From the IMG/VR virus record IMGVR_UViG_3300037313_000882: 57,270 bases of DNA; one strand, written 5' to 3'. Shown piece after piece: positions 33,511 to 40,359 of the stretch (its first letter is position 1; each line of letters opens with the position of its first letter). A program made the position numbers and the translations under genes. Below the pieces are notes generated by a model. It was not told the DNA's origin. It saw nothing but the letters and a program-made list of their open reading frames with translations, and did no database searches. The stretch comes from a virus.

Positions 33511-34029
33511 ATGATGCAGATGTCGGCCCTACGAAACATTCCAGATAGTTGGTTCCGCGCCACCACGCACCTAACCACGATGGTCTTCCTCAAGGAGCGT
33601 TCAGCGAAGCGGATGGCGCCCCTATCGGAAGGTGAGCGCCAGCTTGGCTGGTTCGTGCTGCCGCCGTTTCAGCGGCCGCCGGTTTGGACCTTGGCGCAGA
33701 AGGTGCGCTTCATCGAAAGTTGCTGGATGGCGCTTCCGATCGGGGTGTTCATCTACAACCGCACCGACGACATGAACAGCCCGTACGACACATGGCTGCT
33801 GGACGGCCAGCAGCGCGTGACGGCAGTTCTGGAATACATGAATGATGCGTTCCCTGTGATGGACTATCGCTTCTCGGAACTCACCGAGGTCGATCATCGC
33901 CGGTGGCATATGACGACGAACTTCTCATGCATGGAAACCAACCTCACCGACGAGGCTCAGCTTCGCGACGTCTACGACCGCCTCGCCTATGGCGGTACGC
34001 CGCACGACTTGGCCGCACGGGTCTCTTGA
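33511..34029 (+). CDS. Stand-alone DUF262 (ParB/Srx-like, GmrSD N-terminal type) protein, 172 aa
   Basis: WFVLPPFQRPPVWTLAQKVRFIESCWMALPIGVF...WLLDGQQRVTAVLEY shows the FQR and DGQQR motifs. The start may be the third ATG (33520). Confidence 0.7.
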   Translation: MMQMSALRNIPDSWFRATTHLTTMVFLKERSAKRMAPLSEGERQLGWFVLPPFQRPPVWTLAQKVRFIESCWMALPIGVFIYNRTDDMNSPYDTWLLDGQQRVTAVLEYMNDAFPVMDYRFSELTEVDHRRWHMTTNFSCMETNLTDEAQLRDVYDRLAYGGTPHDLAARVS

Positions 34030-34052
34030 TCCGCCCATTGGGAGATGATGCG

Positions 34053-34419
34053 ATGGTTCGTTTATACAAGCCGATCGATTGGCAGCGGAGGATTGGCTAC
34101 CAGGTCGCCCTGACGCTTCGAAACGGGAAGCCCCGTTGCAGCGCTAGCGTTCCTAAGCCTCGGGGGGTTCCACCAATGCGAAAAGCCCGGCGTCGTAGAA
34201 ATCGACGGAGCGTGGCTCTGCAAGGTCCACGACCCCGAGGCGGTTGCGCGTCGGGAAGCGTCCGCCAAAGCGAAGAGCGACGCAGTCTGGCAGGCTCGGC
34301 GTCTGGAGTTCAACGGCGCGCGCTTCGCCAAGGCTCTGAAGCTGATTGCGGACGGTCACAACGATCCGCGAGAGCTGGCCCGCGAGACCTTGGGTGACAT
34401 CTACGACAAGCTGCCATGA
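34053..34419 (+). pseudogene. Gene split by a frameshift at a G6 tract (34162-34167)
   Basis: Frame 0 gives MVRLYKPIDWQRRIGYQVALTLRNGKPRCSASVPKPRG with a good GGGAG RBS. Frame +1 continues GFHQCEKPGVVEIDGAWLCKVHDPEAV...ALKLIADGHNDPRELARETLGDIYDKLP but has no start codon of its own. Confidence 0.45.
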
Positions 34420-34589
34420 CCCCGGACACCTTCCGCCTCGCCCAATCCAATCTCGGCCTATCAGACGCCGAAATGGCTAAGGCTGTCGGAAGGTCTCAGA
34501 ACATGATCCGGCGGTACAAGTCGGATGGATCTAGAGGACGGCCAATCCCAGACGAGGTCGCGGAGAAGGTGCGCGAGCTGCTGCGCTAG
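34416..34589 (+). CDS. Small HTH protein (57 aa)
   Basis: ATGA overlap. Translation: MTPDTFRLAQSNLGLSDAEMAKAVGRSQNMIRRYKSDGSRGRPIPDEVAEKVRELLR. Confidence 0.5.
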   Translation: MTPDTFRLAQSNLGLSDAEMAKAVGRSQNMIRRYKSDGSRGRPIPDEVAEKVRELLR

Positions 34590-34804
34590 TGCCTCGGAAG
34601 TTCGCCCTCCCCTGGTCCATCCGCGAGTTGGACTCCGCCTATGTCGTAGAGGACGCGGAAGGAATGAGGCTGGCCTACGTGTACTTTGGAGAGAGCTTTA
34701 CAGGGACAGGGGGAGATAAGCGGTATTATGTAGCAAACACACCAAGGACGTTTCGTCCGTCGCCGGATCAGGCGGCATGTGTCATCGGAAACGGTGACGC
34801 ATGA
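34589..34804 (+). CDS. Small protein (71 aa, GTG start), apparently interrupted at codon 44 by the IR cassette
   Basis: The N-terminal PRKFALPWSIRELDSAYVVEDAEGMRLAYVYFGE resembles a small alphaproteobacterial protein family. The sequence after 34720 is read from the inverted repeat. Confidence 0.4.
   Translation: MPRKFALPWSIRELDSAYVVEDAEGMRLAYVYFGESFTGTGGDKRYYVANTPRTFRPSPDQAACVIGNGDA
34720..34739. repeat. Left inverted repeat GCGGTATTATGTAGCAAACA
   Basis: It is the exact reverse complement of 37021-37040. Imperfect similarity continues ~30 bp inward. Confidence 0.95.
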
Positions 34805-34818
34805 TCGCTGGAGGTCTG

Positions 34819-36006
34819 CTAACGCTCTGTCTCATTTCCGGGTGTTGCCCGGCTGAGAATGCTCTCCCAACCCGCCATCGGGCTGAAAACGACGGTATCG
34901 CCTACGGCTTGCGACATCTCTGGGACGAGAGTTCCGCCGCGCTTGAAGAAGACGAACCGGGTTTCGTAGGCCATGCCGAATATGTCGCCATAGATGATGC
35001 GCCCCACCACCCGAAGATATCGGGTGCCTTCACGGTCAAGGCGCATCGGATAAAAGCCAGCATCGGTACGAGGGGAGATAGCGGCGGTCTTGGCGGCGCT
35101 TCCTCCCAAGGCAGTCCACACTACGTATTCGAGATCGTCGGGTATCGTGTCGGCGGCTGGATCGCCCGTTTTGGCGACTTCGGCGTACGCCCCAACCGCG
35201 AAGAACGTGGCCGGTGTCTGGCCGGCGTTGAAGCATTCAAGGATGATACCGAGGGGCTCCCAATGGCGAACGCTTGCAGATTTGGCGTACACATAGGGTG
35301 CCAGGGTTGCGCGCGCGCTCTTTTCAGAGGCCTCGATCCCGGCGCGCGTGGCGTTTGCAAGGCCGCGCATAGCGACGGCGCTGTGATCCATCGCGTATGC
35401 GGTCTTGGCGGTAAATTCGACCAATTCTTGGGATTTTTCGAGCTGAGCTTCCGAATGCTCTTGTTGCCGGAGAGCATCTTCGCGAGCGGCAGCGGCGGCA
35501 GTTCGGGCTTCCTCCAAAGCCGCATTGTCGGCGTCGGCGCTACGCTTGGCATGCCAAGCGGCGAAGCCGGCAAAGACGGCGGCAAGGGCGGCGGCGCCAA
35601 ACGCCAAGGCAGTCGCGATGGTCTGAGCGAACGCGGACCTGGATTGCTGGGCCGCGAGGATCAGATTCTGTTCGGCAAGGTCGTTCGCACGAACCGCTTC
35701 TCCGAGTGTGCTTTGATCTTTGCGATGGTCCTCAGCGGCTACGGCGCAGCGTGCGCGCTCGGCTGGGGCCTTTTTGGCGGACAGCGCATTCAGCCGCTTT
35801 GGATCGCAGCCAGCGCCGCCGGGCCGATAATCTTGCTGTGGGCCGCTATCGGCTTGGCGAGTGGGAACTTGTGGGTCCCGTGGTGAAACATATAACCAAG
35901 CCCAAGAAGTAAGGGCGGCTGTCACGAGGGCGATCACGGCAGCCACCGCGCCCACCGCGACAACCGCCTGGGGATCAGTCATCCCAAAGGAGATATCGAA
36001 GGCCAT
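34819..36006 (-). CDS. Two-TM protein with a coiled-coil-like linker and an unassigned C-terminal domain (395 aa)
   Basis: Start taken at MAFDISFGMTDPQ. TM1 is AVVAVGAVAAVIALVTAALTSWAWLYV and TM2 is AFAQTIATALAFGAAALAAVFAGFAAW. Codon usage supports the minus frame over the antisense ORF 34801..35886. Confidence 0.65.
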   Translation of the reverse strand: MAFDISFGMTDPQAVVAVGAVAAVIALVTAALTSWAWLYVSPRDPQVPTRQADSGPQQDYRPGGAGCDPKRLNALSAKKAPAERARCAVAAEDHRKDQSTLGEAVRANDLAEQNLILAAQQSRSAFAQTIATALAFGAAALAAVFAGFAAWHAKRSADADNAALEEARTAAAAAREDALRQQEHSEAQLEKSQELVEFTAKTAYAMDHSAVAMRGLANATRAGIEASEKSARATLAPYVYAKSASVRHWEPLGIILECFNAGQTPATFFAVGAYAEVAKTGDPAADTIPDDLEYVVWTALGGSAAKTAAISPRTDAGFYPMRLDREGTRYLRVVGRIIYGDIFGMAYETRFVFFKRGGTLVPEMSQAVGDTVVFSPMAGWESILSRATPGNETER

Positions 36007-36014
36007 AAATGCAG

Positions 36015-36042
36015 TTGGCCCCAACCATCCGGTTGGGGCCAA
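36015..36042 (-). terminator. Perfect 12-bp stem hairpin 8 nt upstream of the 395-aa ORF start
   Basis: The minus strand reads TTGGCCCCAACC-GGAT-GGTTGGGGCCAA, then CTGCATTT, then ATG. No SD is visible for the ORF. Confidence 0.45.
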
Positions 36043-36543
36043 CGAAATCGTGTGCTGGTTGATTTAGGAAAGGCGGCGCGTCACCCGAGACCGCCGTCAC
36101 CTTCTTTCGCCACGTAAGCCATGCTTGAACTCCTTCACACCTCGAACGGCTAGCGTAAGACTACGTTCCCCTCGGGGCTTTCGCTGCCTTATATGGGGAT
36201 CGCCTGGATTAACGCCAACCTAAGGTCTCTCCAGTTTGCGTCACTTGGGGCCGAGACCACGGGGCCGATCACTGGCAGGTGAGCGGCTCCGACGGTCCGC
36301 TTCCTGCGCCATAACATGGTCGTGGCGAAGGTTAAACGAGCCCGATGGAAGGCGTAACGGAACCGCCGAAAATGCGCAACTCACAACGCCTGTCAGGGGT
36401 GTTACAAATTGCCAAGATTCCCCGAAACGACACCGCCTCGGACCAATTTTGATAACATTATCAATGGGGCCTACAGGCTACCTCCCAATCTGTCGAAGTT
36501 ACTTCCGAGCCGCCAAGACTGCCGCCGCGCATCCCAACATCAT
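36043..36543 (-). other. ~0.5-kb non-coding leader or candidate structured RNA inside the cassette
   Basis: No credible ORF. It contains the palindrome TTGATAA-CA-TTATCAA (36449-36464), a TATAAG -10-like box, a 13-codon uORF (36081..36122) with an AAGGAG RBS, and a GGCGG/CCGCC hairpin followed by TTTCC. Confidence 0.3.
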
Positions 36544-36957
36544 CTAACGAGCACTCCTGACCTCCCTTGCCCACCTCCTGGGCGCCTCCGAGACTCGCTC
36601 AATACCGCGCCCCTCCAACCGCCCCAAGACGACGTAGAGGGAGCACTGGATGCGCTGGACGTTCCGGTAGGTGTGAGCAACGCCACGAGCCGTCAGGAGC
36701 CGCAAGGCGATTTCCTTGGCTGTCATCGGCTCGCTCGCTTCCCGAAGGACCGCCAGCGCCTCCCGCATCCAGCGGTCGCGGTTCGATGGGTAGGGCCGGA
36801 TCGGCTGGATGGCCGATAGGTCTTCGTCTGGGCTGAACATCAGGAGCACGGCGCCCAGGTGCTCTAGGTCGGTCGCTGCATCAGGTTCGCCGGCCTTCAC
36901 GCGGCCCAAGGCCTGAGCGTATTTCCGGCGGAGACCGGAGATCGCGTAGGTGTTCAT
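36544..36957 (-). CDS. Small regulator-like protein with a C-terminal winged-helix-like segment (137 aa)
   Basis: ORF track. ...EPMTAKEIALRLLTARGVAHTYRNVQRIQCSLYVVLGRLEGRGIERV. Confidence 0.55.
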   Translation of the reverse strand: MNTYAISGLRRKYAQALGRVKAGEPDAATDLEHLGAVLLMFSPDEDLSAIQPIRPYPSNRDRWMREALAVLREASEPMTAKEIALRLLTARGVAHTYRNVQRIQCSLYVVLGRLEGRGIERVSEAPRRWAREVRSAR

Positions 36958-36962
36958 TGAGT

Positions 36963-37001
36963 GTCACCGGATGTGCAATTTGCATCATCGCATCCGGTGA
37001 C
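36963..37001. promoter_or_regulatory. 11-bp inverted repeat GTCACCGGATG/CATCCGGTGAC with a nested TGCAA-T-TTGCA palindrome
   Basis: It lies between the right IR and the start of the 137-aa gene, so it is operator- or leader-like. Confidence 0.4.
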
Positions 37002-37020
37002 GTTCGCCCGGTTCTAGGTA

Positions 37021-37040
37021 TGTTTGCTACATAATACCGC
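37021..37040. repeat. Right inverted repeat TGTTTGCTACATAATACCGC
   Basis: It is the exact reverse complement of 34720-34739. Confidence 0.95.
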
Positions 37041-37218
37041 GCTTTTGCGGCGTTGGGCGGACCCCTTCGACTTGGACGCTGTCGATCTGACTGGAGAGGA
37101 CGGTGACGTGGTGCCAATCGTTCTTAACGACCTGGAAAGCGAAAACTTTCGTTTCAAGCACATCAAGGAACCGGGCGCCTAGCCCCTCACGCGCTTACCT
37201 ATCGTGGACGAGAAGAGC

Positions 37219-37749
37219 CTAACGACGGTCCCAGAGCGCCTTTTCCCTCACATACCAGTCCCGCCAGCCTTGAGCCTCGGCCCGCCACTGGAGGGCTTCT
37301 CCGTAGTTGACGGAGACGGTTTCGGCGACGGCAGAGAGCGCAAGGCCGGAAGGGGCATCGATAGATCCACTGGAGGTGCCGGAAAGGCCTGCCGGACTTC
37401 CTGATGCGGCGGCGTCGTGCAGGCGCACAAACCCAACAGGAAGCACGCACCCAGCATCAGCTTTCGCGGTGACATAGGTTGGAACCTTCTCGATCAGGGT
37501 TCGGGTGACGGTCTGGATTTGGACCTGTCGATCGGAGAGGGCGCTTCTCGCGTCCGCTGCGATCTGGTCAGCCGCCTTCTCACGCTTGGCGACGCGGTCC
37601 AAAGCGGCGGCATAGGCCTTTTCTTCCGCCTTTCGCTCGTGCTTCACCCCGGCGGAAAAGCCCGCATGGTGAATGCCGAACAGAAGGGCGACAACCCCCG
37701 TAGCGCCTATGAGGTAGCCGCCTAGGGGGTTGAAGGGAAACTGGCTCAT
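37219..37749 (-). CDS. Rz: i-spanin (Rz-like)
   Basis: 176 aa with an N-terminal TM (LGGYLIGATGVVALLFGI) and a coiled-coil periplasmic part. It contains an embedded lipoprotein ORF. Confidence 0.7.
   Translation of the reverse strand: MSQFPFNPLGGYLIGATGVVALLFGIHHAGFSAGVKHERKAEEKAYAAALDRVAKREKAADQIAADARSALSDRQVQIQTVTRTLIEKVPTYVTAKADAGCVLPVGFVRLHDAAASGSPAGLSGTSSGSIDAPSGLALSAVAETVSVNYGEALQWRAEAQGWRDWYVREKALWDRR
37248..37475 (-). CDS. Rz1: o-spanin (Rz1-like), embedded in the Rz gene in another frame
   Basis: MSPRKLMLGACFLLGLCACTTPP... has a signal peptide with a lipobox-like LGLC/LCAC. The mature part is Pro-rich. Confidence 0.6.
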   Translation of the reverse strand: MSPRKLMLGACFLLGLCACTTPPHQEVRQAFPAPPVDLSMPLPALRSLPSPKPSPSTTEKPSSGGPRLKAGGTGM

Positions 37750-37916
37750 TCAGCCGGCGGGTTGAGTTCGTTGGCCAACGCCTGCACGGCGGCGGCGTCT
37801 TCGGTCTGCGCAGCATCGACCGCAGGGGCGGTTGCATCGGAGACGGCCTTGGCGATCTTGGCGTCGATGGCGGCGCGCAGATTGCTCATGGCGGAGTCAA
37901 AGGCGGGGGAGGACAT
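37746..37916 (-). CDS. Small protein (56 aa) sharing a C-terminal motif with the ORF at 37929..38360
   Basis: MSSPAFDSAMSNLRAAIDAKIAKAVSDATAPAVDAAQTEDAAAVQALANELNPPAE, with an ATGA overlap with Rz. Confidence 0.35.
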   Translation of the reverse strand: MSSPAFDSAMSNLRAAIDAKIAKAVSDATAPAVDAAQTEDAAAVQALANELNPPAE

Positions 37917-37928
37917 GGGGAGTTCCTT

Positions 37929-38360
37929 TCAGGCGGGGTTCAGTTGAGCCGCGAGAGCTTGGACGGCGGCGGCGTCCTCGGCTTGGGCCGCAGCGACAGC
38001 CGGGGCCACGAGATCGGTTGCGGGCTTGGCGTTGATGCCGGCGATCACGTCGGCGACCTGTTGCTGCACAGCGGCGAGACGTATCTGGGAGGCGCTGAGT
38101 TCGGCTTGAAGGGCTGCTTCGGCCTTCTGCGCGCGGGTTTCCGTCGCGGCCAGCTCGGCTTTGAGCTGAGAGATTTCAGCTGAGACGATCTCAGGGAGGT
38201 CTCGCTTGATGGCTTCCCAGGCATCCGCAGCGCTCACGGCAAGCGTGCTGGCAAGGTCGCTGACCTTCGGCTGCATATGGAGCGGCGGATGCTTGTAGAT
38301 CCACCAGGCGCCCCCGCCAAAGGCCAGAACGCCAAGTCCGATGAGAATGTCCCAGAACAT
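37929..38360 (-). CDS. N-terminal-TM coiled-coil protein in the lysis cassette (143 aa)
   Basis: ORF track. It begins MFWDILIGLGVLAFGGGAWWIY, is followed by a heptad-like region, and ends ...AAAVQALAAQLNPA. Confidence 0.5.
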   Translation of the reverse strand: MFWDILIGLGVLAFGGGAWWIYKHPPLHMQPKVSDLASTLAVSAADAWEAIKRDLPEIVSAEISQLKAELAATETRAQKAEAALQAELSASQIRLAAVQQQVADVIAGINAKPATDLVAPAVAAAQAEDAAAVQALAAQLNPA

Positions 38361-39025
38361 CAGGCGGCTCGCTGCTTAAGGATTTGAGAGGCGATCCCGA
38401 CCATGACAAGCCCACCCGCAATGGTAAGCAGCACGGTCGAAACATGGGAGATAATCGGAGAGCCCGAGAAGTCGCCGAGCTGATCAGCCCACCCTTTGAC
38501 CACGGGGGCATATTCAGCGGCCTTCGCGCCAGCCGCAGCAACGCCTAAGCTCGCCGCGCCGACCTGGGCTTGAAACGACGTCTTCTGGGCCAAGGGCGGC
38601 GGCTTGGCGTCCGCGACGCCGGCCATCCGGATGCCCTCGGCGATCACCGCGTCGCTATAGGGCTGGGAGCCGTTTTCGTGTAGGATGATGGCCTTGATGA
38701 GCCCGGTCATGACCTGGGCGCTGTCCACGTCGATCTCGTCATCGGGACCCACGCCGACGCTCTTCGCGACCGCTTGGATATAGGCCTCGGTCTTATTCTC
38801 GTTCGGGGGCGCCCAGCGGTTGATCAGGCCTCGAATCGTGTTGAGGTGGTACTGGTTCTGATAGGTCAGCATCAGCCGCGCGATGGCTCGGATGCCATAT
38901 TGCGGGCTCTTGAAGACCACGAAGCGCGGATCGGACGACTGATCATCCGCCATGCCCTGCCACTTGGTTCCGGCGTGGCGGTCGATATTGCCGGGGTTAT
39001 TGTTCCGGATGCCACGAGACGTCAT
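38360..39025 (-). CDS. Putative peptidoglycan hydrolase (RNNNPGNI-motif family) with a C-terminal TM segment
   Basis: 221 aa. The N-terminal SRGIRNNNPGNIDRHAGTKWQG is typical of proteins annotated as structural protein P5-like or endolysin. The C-terminal ISHVSTVLLTIAGGLVMVGIASQIL is hydrophobic. Confidence 0.5.
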   Translation of the reverse strand: MTSRGIRNNNPGNIDRHAGTKWQGMADDQSSDPRFVVFKSPQYGIRAIARLMLTYQNQYHLNTIRGLINRWAPPNENKTEAYIQAVAKSVGVGPDDEIDVDSAQVMTGLIKAIILHENGSQPYSDAVIAEGIRMAGVADAKPPPLAQKTSFQAQVGAASLGVAAAGAKAAEYAPVVKGWADQLGDFSGSPIISHVSTVLLTIAGGLVMVGIASQILKQRAA

Positions 39026-39433
39026 CTAGTGCCCCCTGAACGTGATCTTGCCGTACATGGCTAGGAAAGCGGCCCCCAGACCCATGAACCAGGCGCCGTA
39101 CTCCTTGATGAGGCGGACCAACAGAAGGCCGCCCTCCCGGCGCTCCTTGTCCTGCTCCAGGGTATGGACGCGTCCCTCTACGGCCTTGACATCGCCCTTG
39201 ACGTTGTTGATCCCGAGCACGACGTCCTGGCGCAGAGCGGCGTGTTGGACGCGCATGTCCTCGGCGAGCCCGTCGATGCGCTTGGTGACGTTCTGGGCTT
39301 CAACGGCCGTGGTCAGCTTCATCATTCCGTCGCGGGCCTCGCGGGCATCCTGCCGGATGAGGTCGATCTGATCCTTGATCGGCTCGATGATCTGGCGGGC
39401 GATGGCCTGAACCATTTCGGAGTCAGGCCCCAT
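39026..39433 (-). CDS. Coiled-coil protein with a C-terminal TM (135 aa)
   Basis: ORF track. The C-terminus is ...LIKEYGAWFMGLGAAFLAMYGKI. Confidence 0.5.
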   Translation of the reverse strand: MGPDSEMVQAIARQIIEPIKDQIDLIRQDAREARDGMMKLTTAVEAQNVTKRIDGLAEDMRVQHAALRQDVVLGINNVKGDVKAVEGRVHTLEQDKERREGGLLLVRLIKEYGAWFMGLGAAFLAMYGKITFRGH

Positions 39434-39974
39434 TGCCTACTCCTTTCGCGGCTTGGCGCGACGCTTGTCGTCGGCCCGCAGCGTGAATCCCACGACCCCC
39501 AGCCCGATCAGGAGCCACCCTAGAGCCCACCAGAGTTCCAATGGTCCACACCCCCGCTGAGAGCACGCACAGAATCGCAAGTGCGTACAAGATATTCAAC
39601 GCCAAAGCGTAGTTGTGGAGTTCTCGCGCGTCGTGTGTGGTCGCCACGCCATTGCGCCAAAAGATCGCATGGATGAAAAGCTTGGTGAGATAGGCATACA
39701 TGATGCCCAGCTTCCATTGCCGGGGGTCGAGGTACCACGCGAAGGAGGTGAGGCAGAGCGCCAGAACATCCCCCATCGGGGCTACGTGACGTGCGGTCTC
39801 CCATCCCCACAGATAGGCAATGACCTTGCTGTAGAGCCACAGGCCCATCAGCAGGACTGAGAGTTCAAGCCCATGACGCAAACGCCGCCCGAGCAACCCG
39901 CAAAGCACAAACGCGATCAGGGCGCCGAGGCCCAGCATGCCGGATGGACTGTCGATGAGCGTGGCGGGAACCAT
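39423..39974 (-). CDS. Multi-pass membrane protein (possible holin), 183 aa
   Basis: ORF track. It has about five hydrophobic helices and heads the lysis cassette. Confidence 0.45.
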   Translation of the reverse strand: MVPATLIDSPSGMLGLGALIAFVLCGLLGRRLRHGLELSVLLMGLWLYSKVIAYLWGWETARHVAPMGDVLALCLTSFAWYLDPRQWKLGIMYAYLTKLFIHAIFWRNGVATTHDARELHNYALALNILYALAILCVLSAGVWTIGTLVGSRVAPDRAGGRGIHAAGRRQASRQAAKGVGNGA

Positions 39975-39975
39975 T

Positions 39976-40170
39976 CTAGCCAGGCGGCTTCGGATCGCCG
40001 TCGTACGGCCGGATGACGCCCGGATGGTCGGCGATGTACAGCTCCATGGCCTCGTTCAGTCGAGCGTGCAGGAGCTTGAGCGCGATTGAGCCCGGATGTC
40101 GCTGCTCGGCGTAGATCAGCGCCGCATAGAGGCCCGCGATTTGAAGCGTGGCGTTGTCGTCAGACAGCAT
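39976..40170 (-). CDS. Hypothetical protein (64 aa)
   Basis: Start at MLSDDNATLQ with an AGGAGAG RBS. Confidence 0.4.
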   Translation of the reverse strand: MLSDDNATLQIAGLYAALIYAEQRHPGSIALKLLHARLNEAMELYIADHPGVIRPYDGDPKPPG

Positions 40171-40359
40171 GGGTCTCTCCTGCGATGAAACGAGCGTGAG
40201 GGACATGTTCGATCAGAGGTCTCATGCCCTCTCCTTTCCGGGTTGAGAATCGCTCCAGCCTGAGGGCGCCGGTACCGGCCGGCTCTTGGCTCTCATGGGC
40301 TGCGGGCTGGGTCCTGGGGGGATGGTTGGGCCGTCCCTCCAGGACTGAGGTCGAGAGGA

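Larger units (their letters stand above)
34720..37040. mobile_element. 2.3-kb cassette bounded by perfect 20-bp terminal inverted repeats; no recombinase inside
   Basis: The IR pair is at 34720-34739 and 37021-37040. The interior is AT-richer by eye. Removing it restores an in-frame ORF joining 34589..34719 to 37041..37182. Confidence 0.45.

Noticed and set aside
34801-35886. 361-aa + strand ORF inside the cassette, which the left inverted repeat could in principle drive
   Set aside because: It is antisense to the 395-aa gene. Its composition (Gly/Arg/Cys-rich) and codon usage are worse than those of the minus frame. It is kept only as a possible antisense transcript, not as a protein.
36971-36978. 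ATGTGCA inside the cassette palindrome matching the immunity operator half-site
   Set aside because: A 7-mer is expected several times by chance in 57 kb on both strands. The surrounding dyad (TGCAA-T-TTGCA) differs from the immunity sites.
34720-37040. The cassette as an invertible (Gin/Hin- or shufflon-type) segment
   Set aside because: No serine or tyrosine invertase lies inside or adjacent to it. Inversion would not swap alternative coding ends. This cannot be fully excluded without read-orientation data.
37027-37161. 44-aa minus-strand ORF (VLETKVFAFQVVKNDWHH...) running from the lysis side into the right inverted repeat
   Set aside because: It has no RBS, and its GC3 is no better than that of the opposite frame, which forms the restored 91-codon ORF. 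It is too short to decide either way and is mentioned only as an alternative reading of the insertion site.
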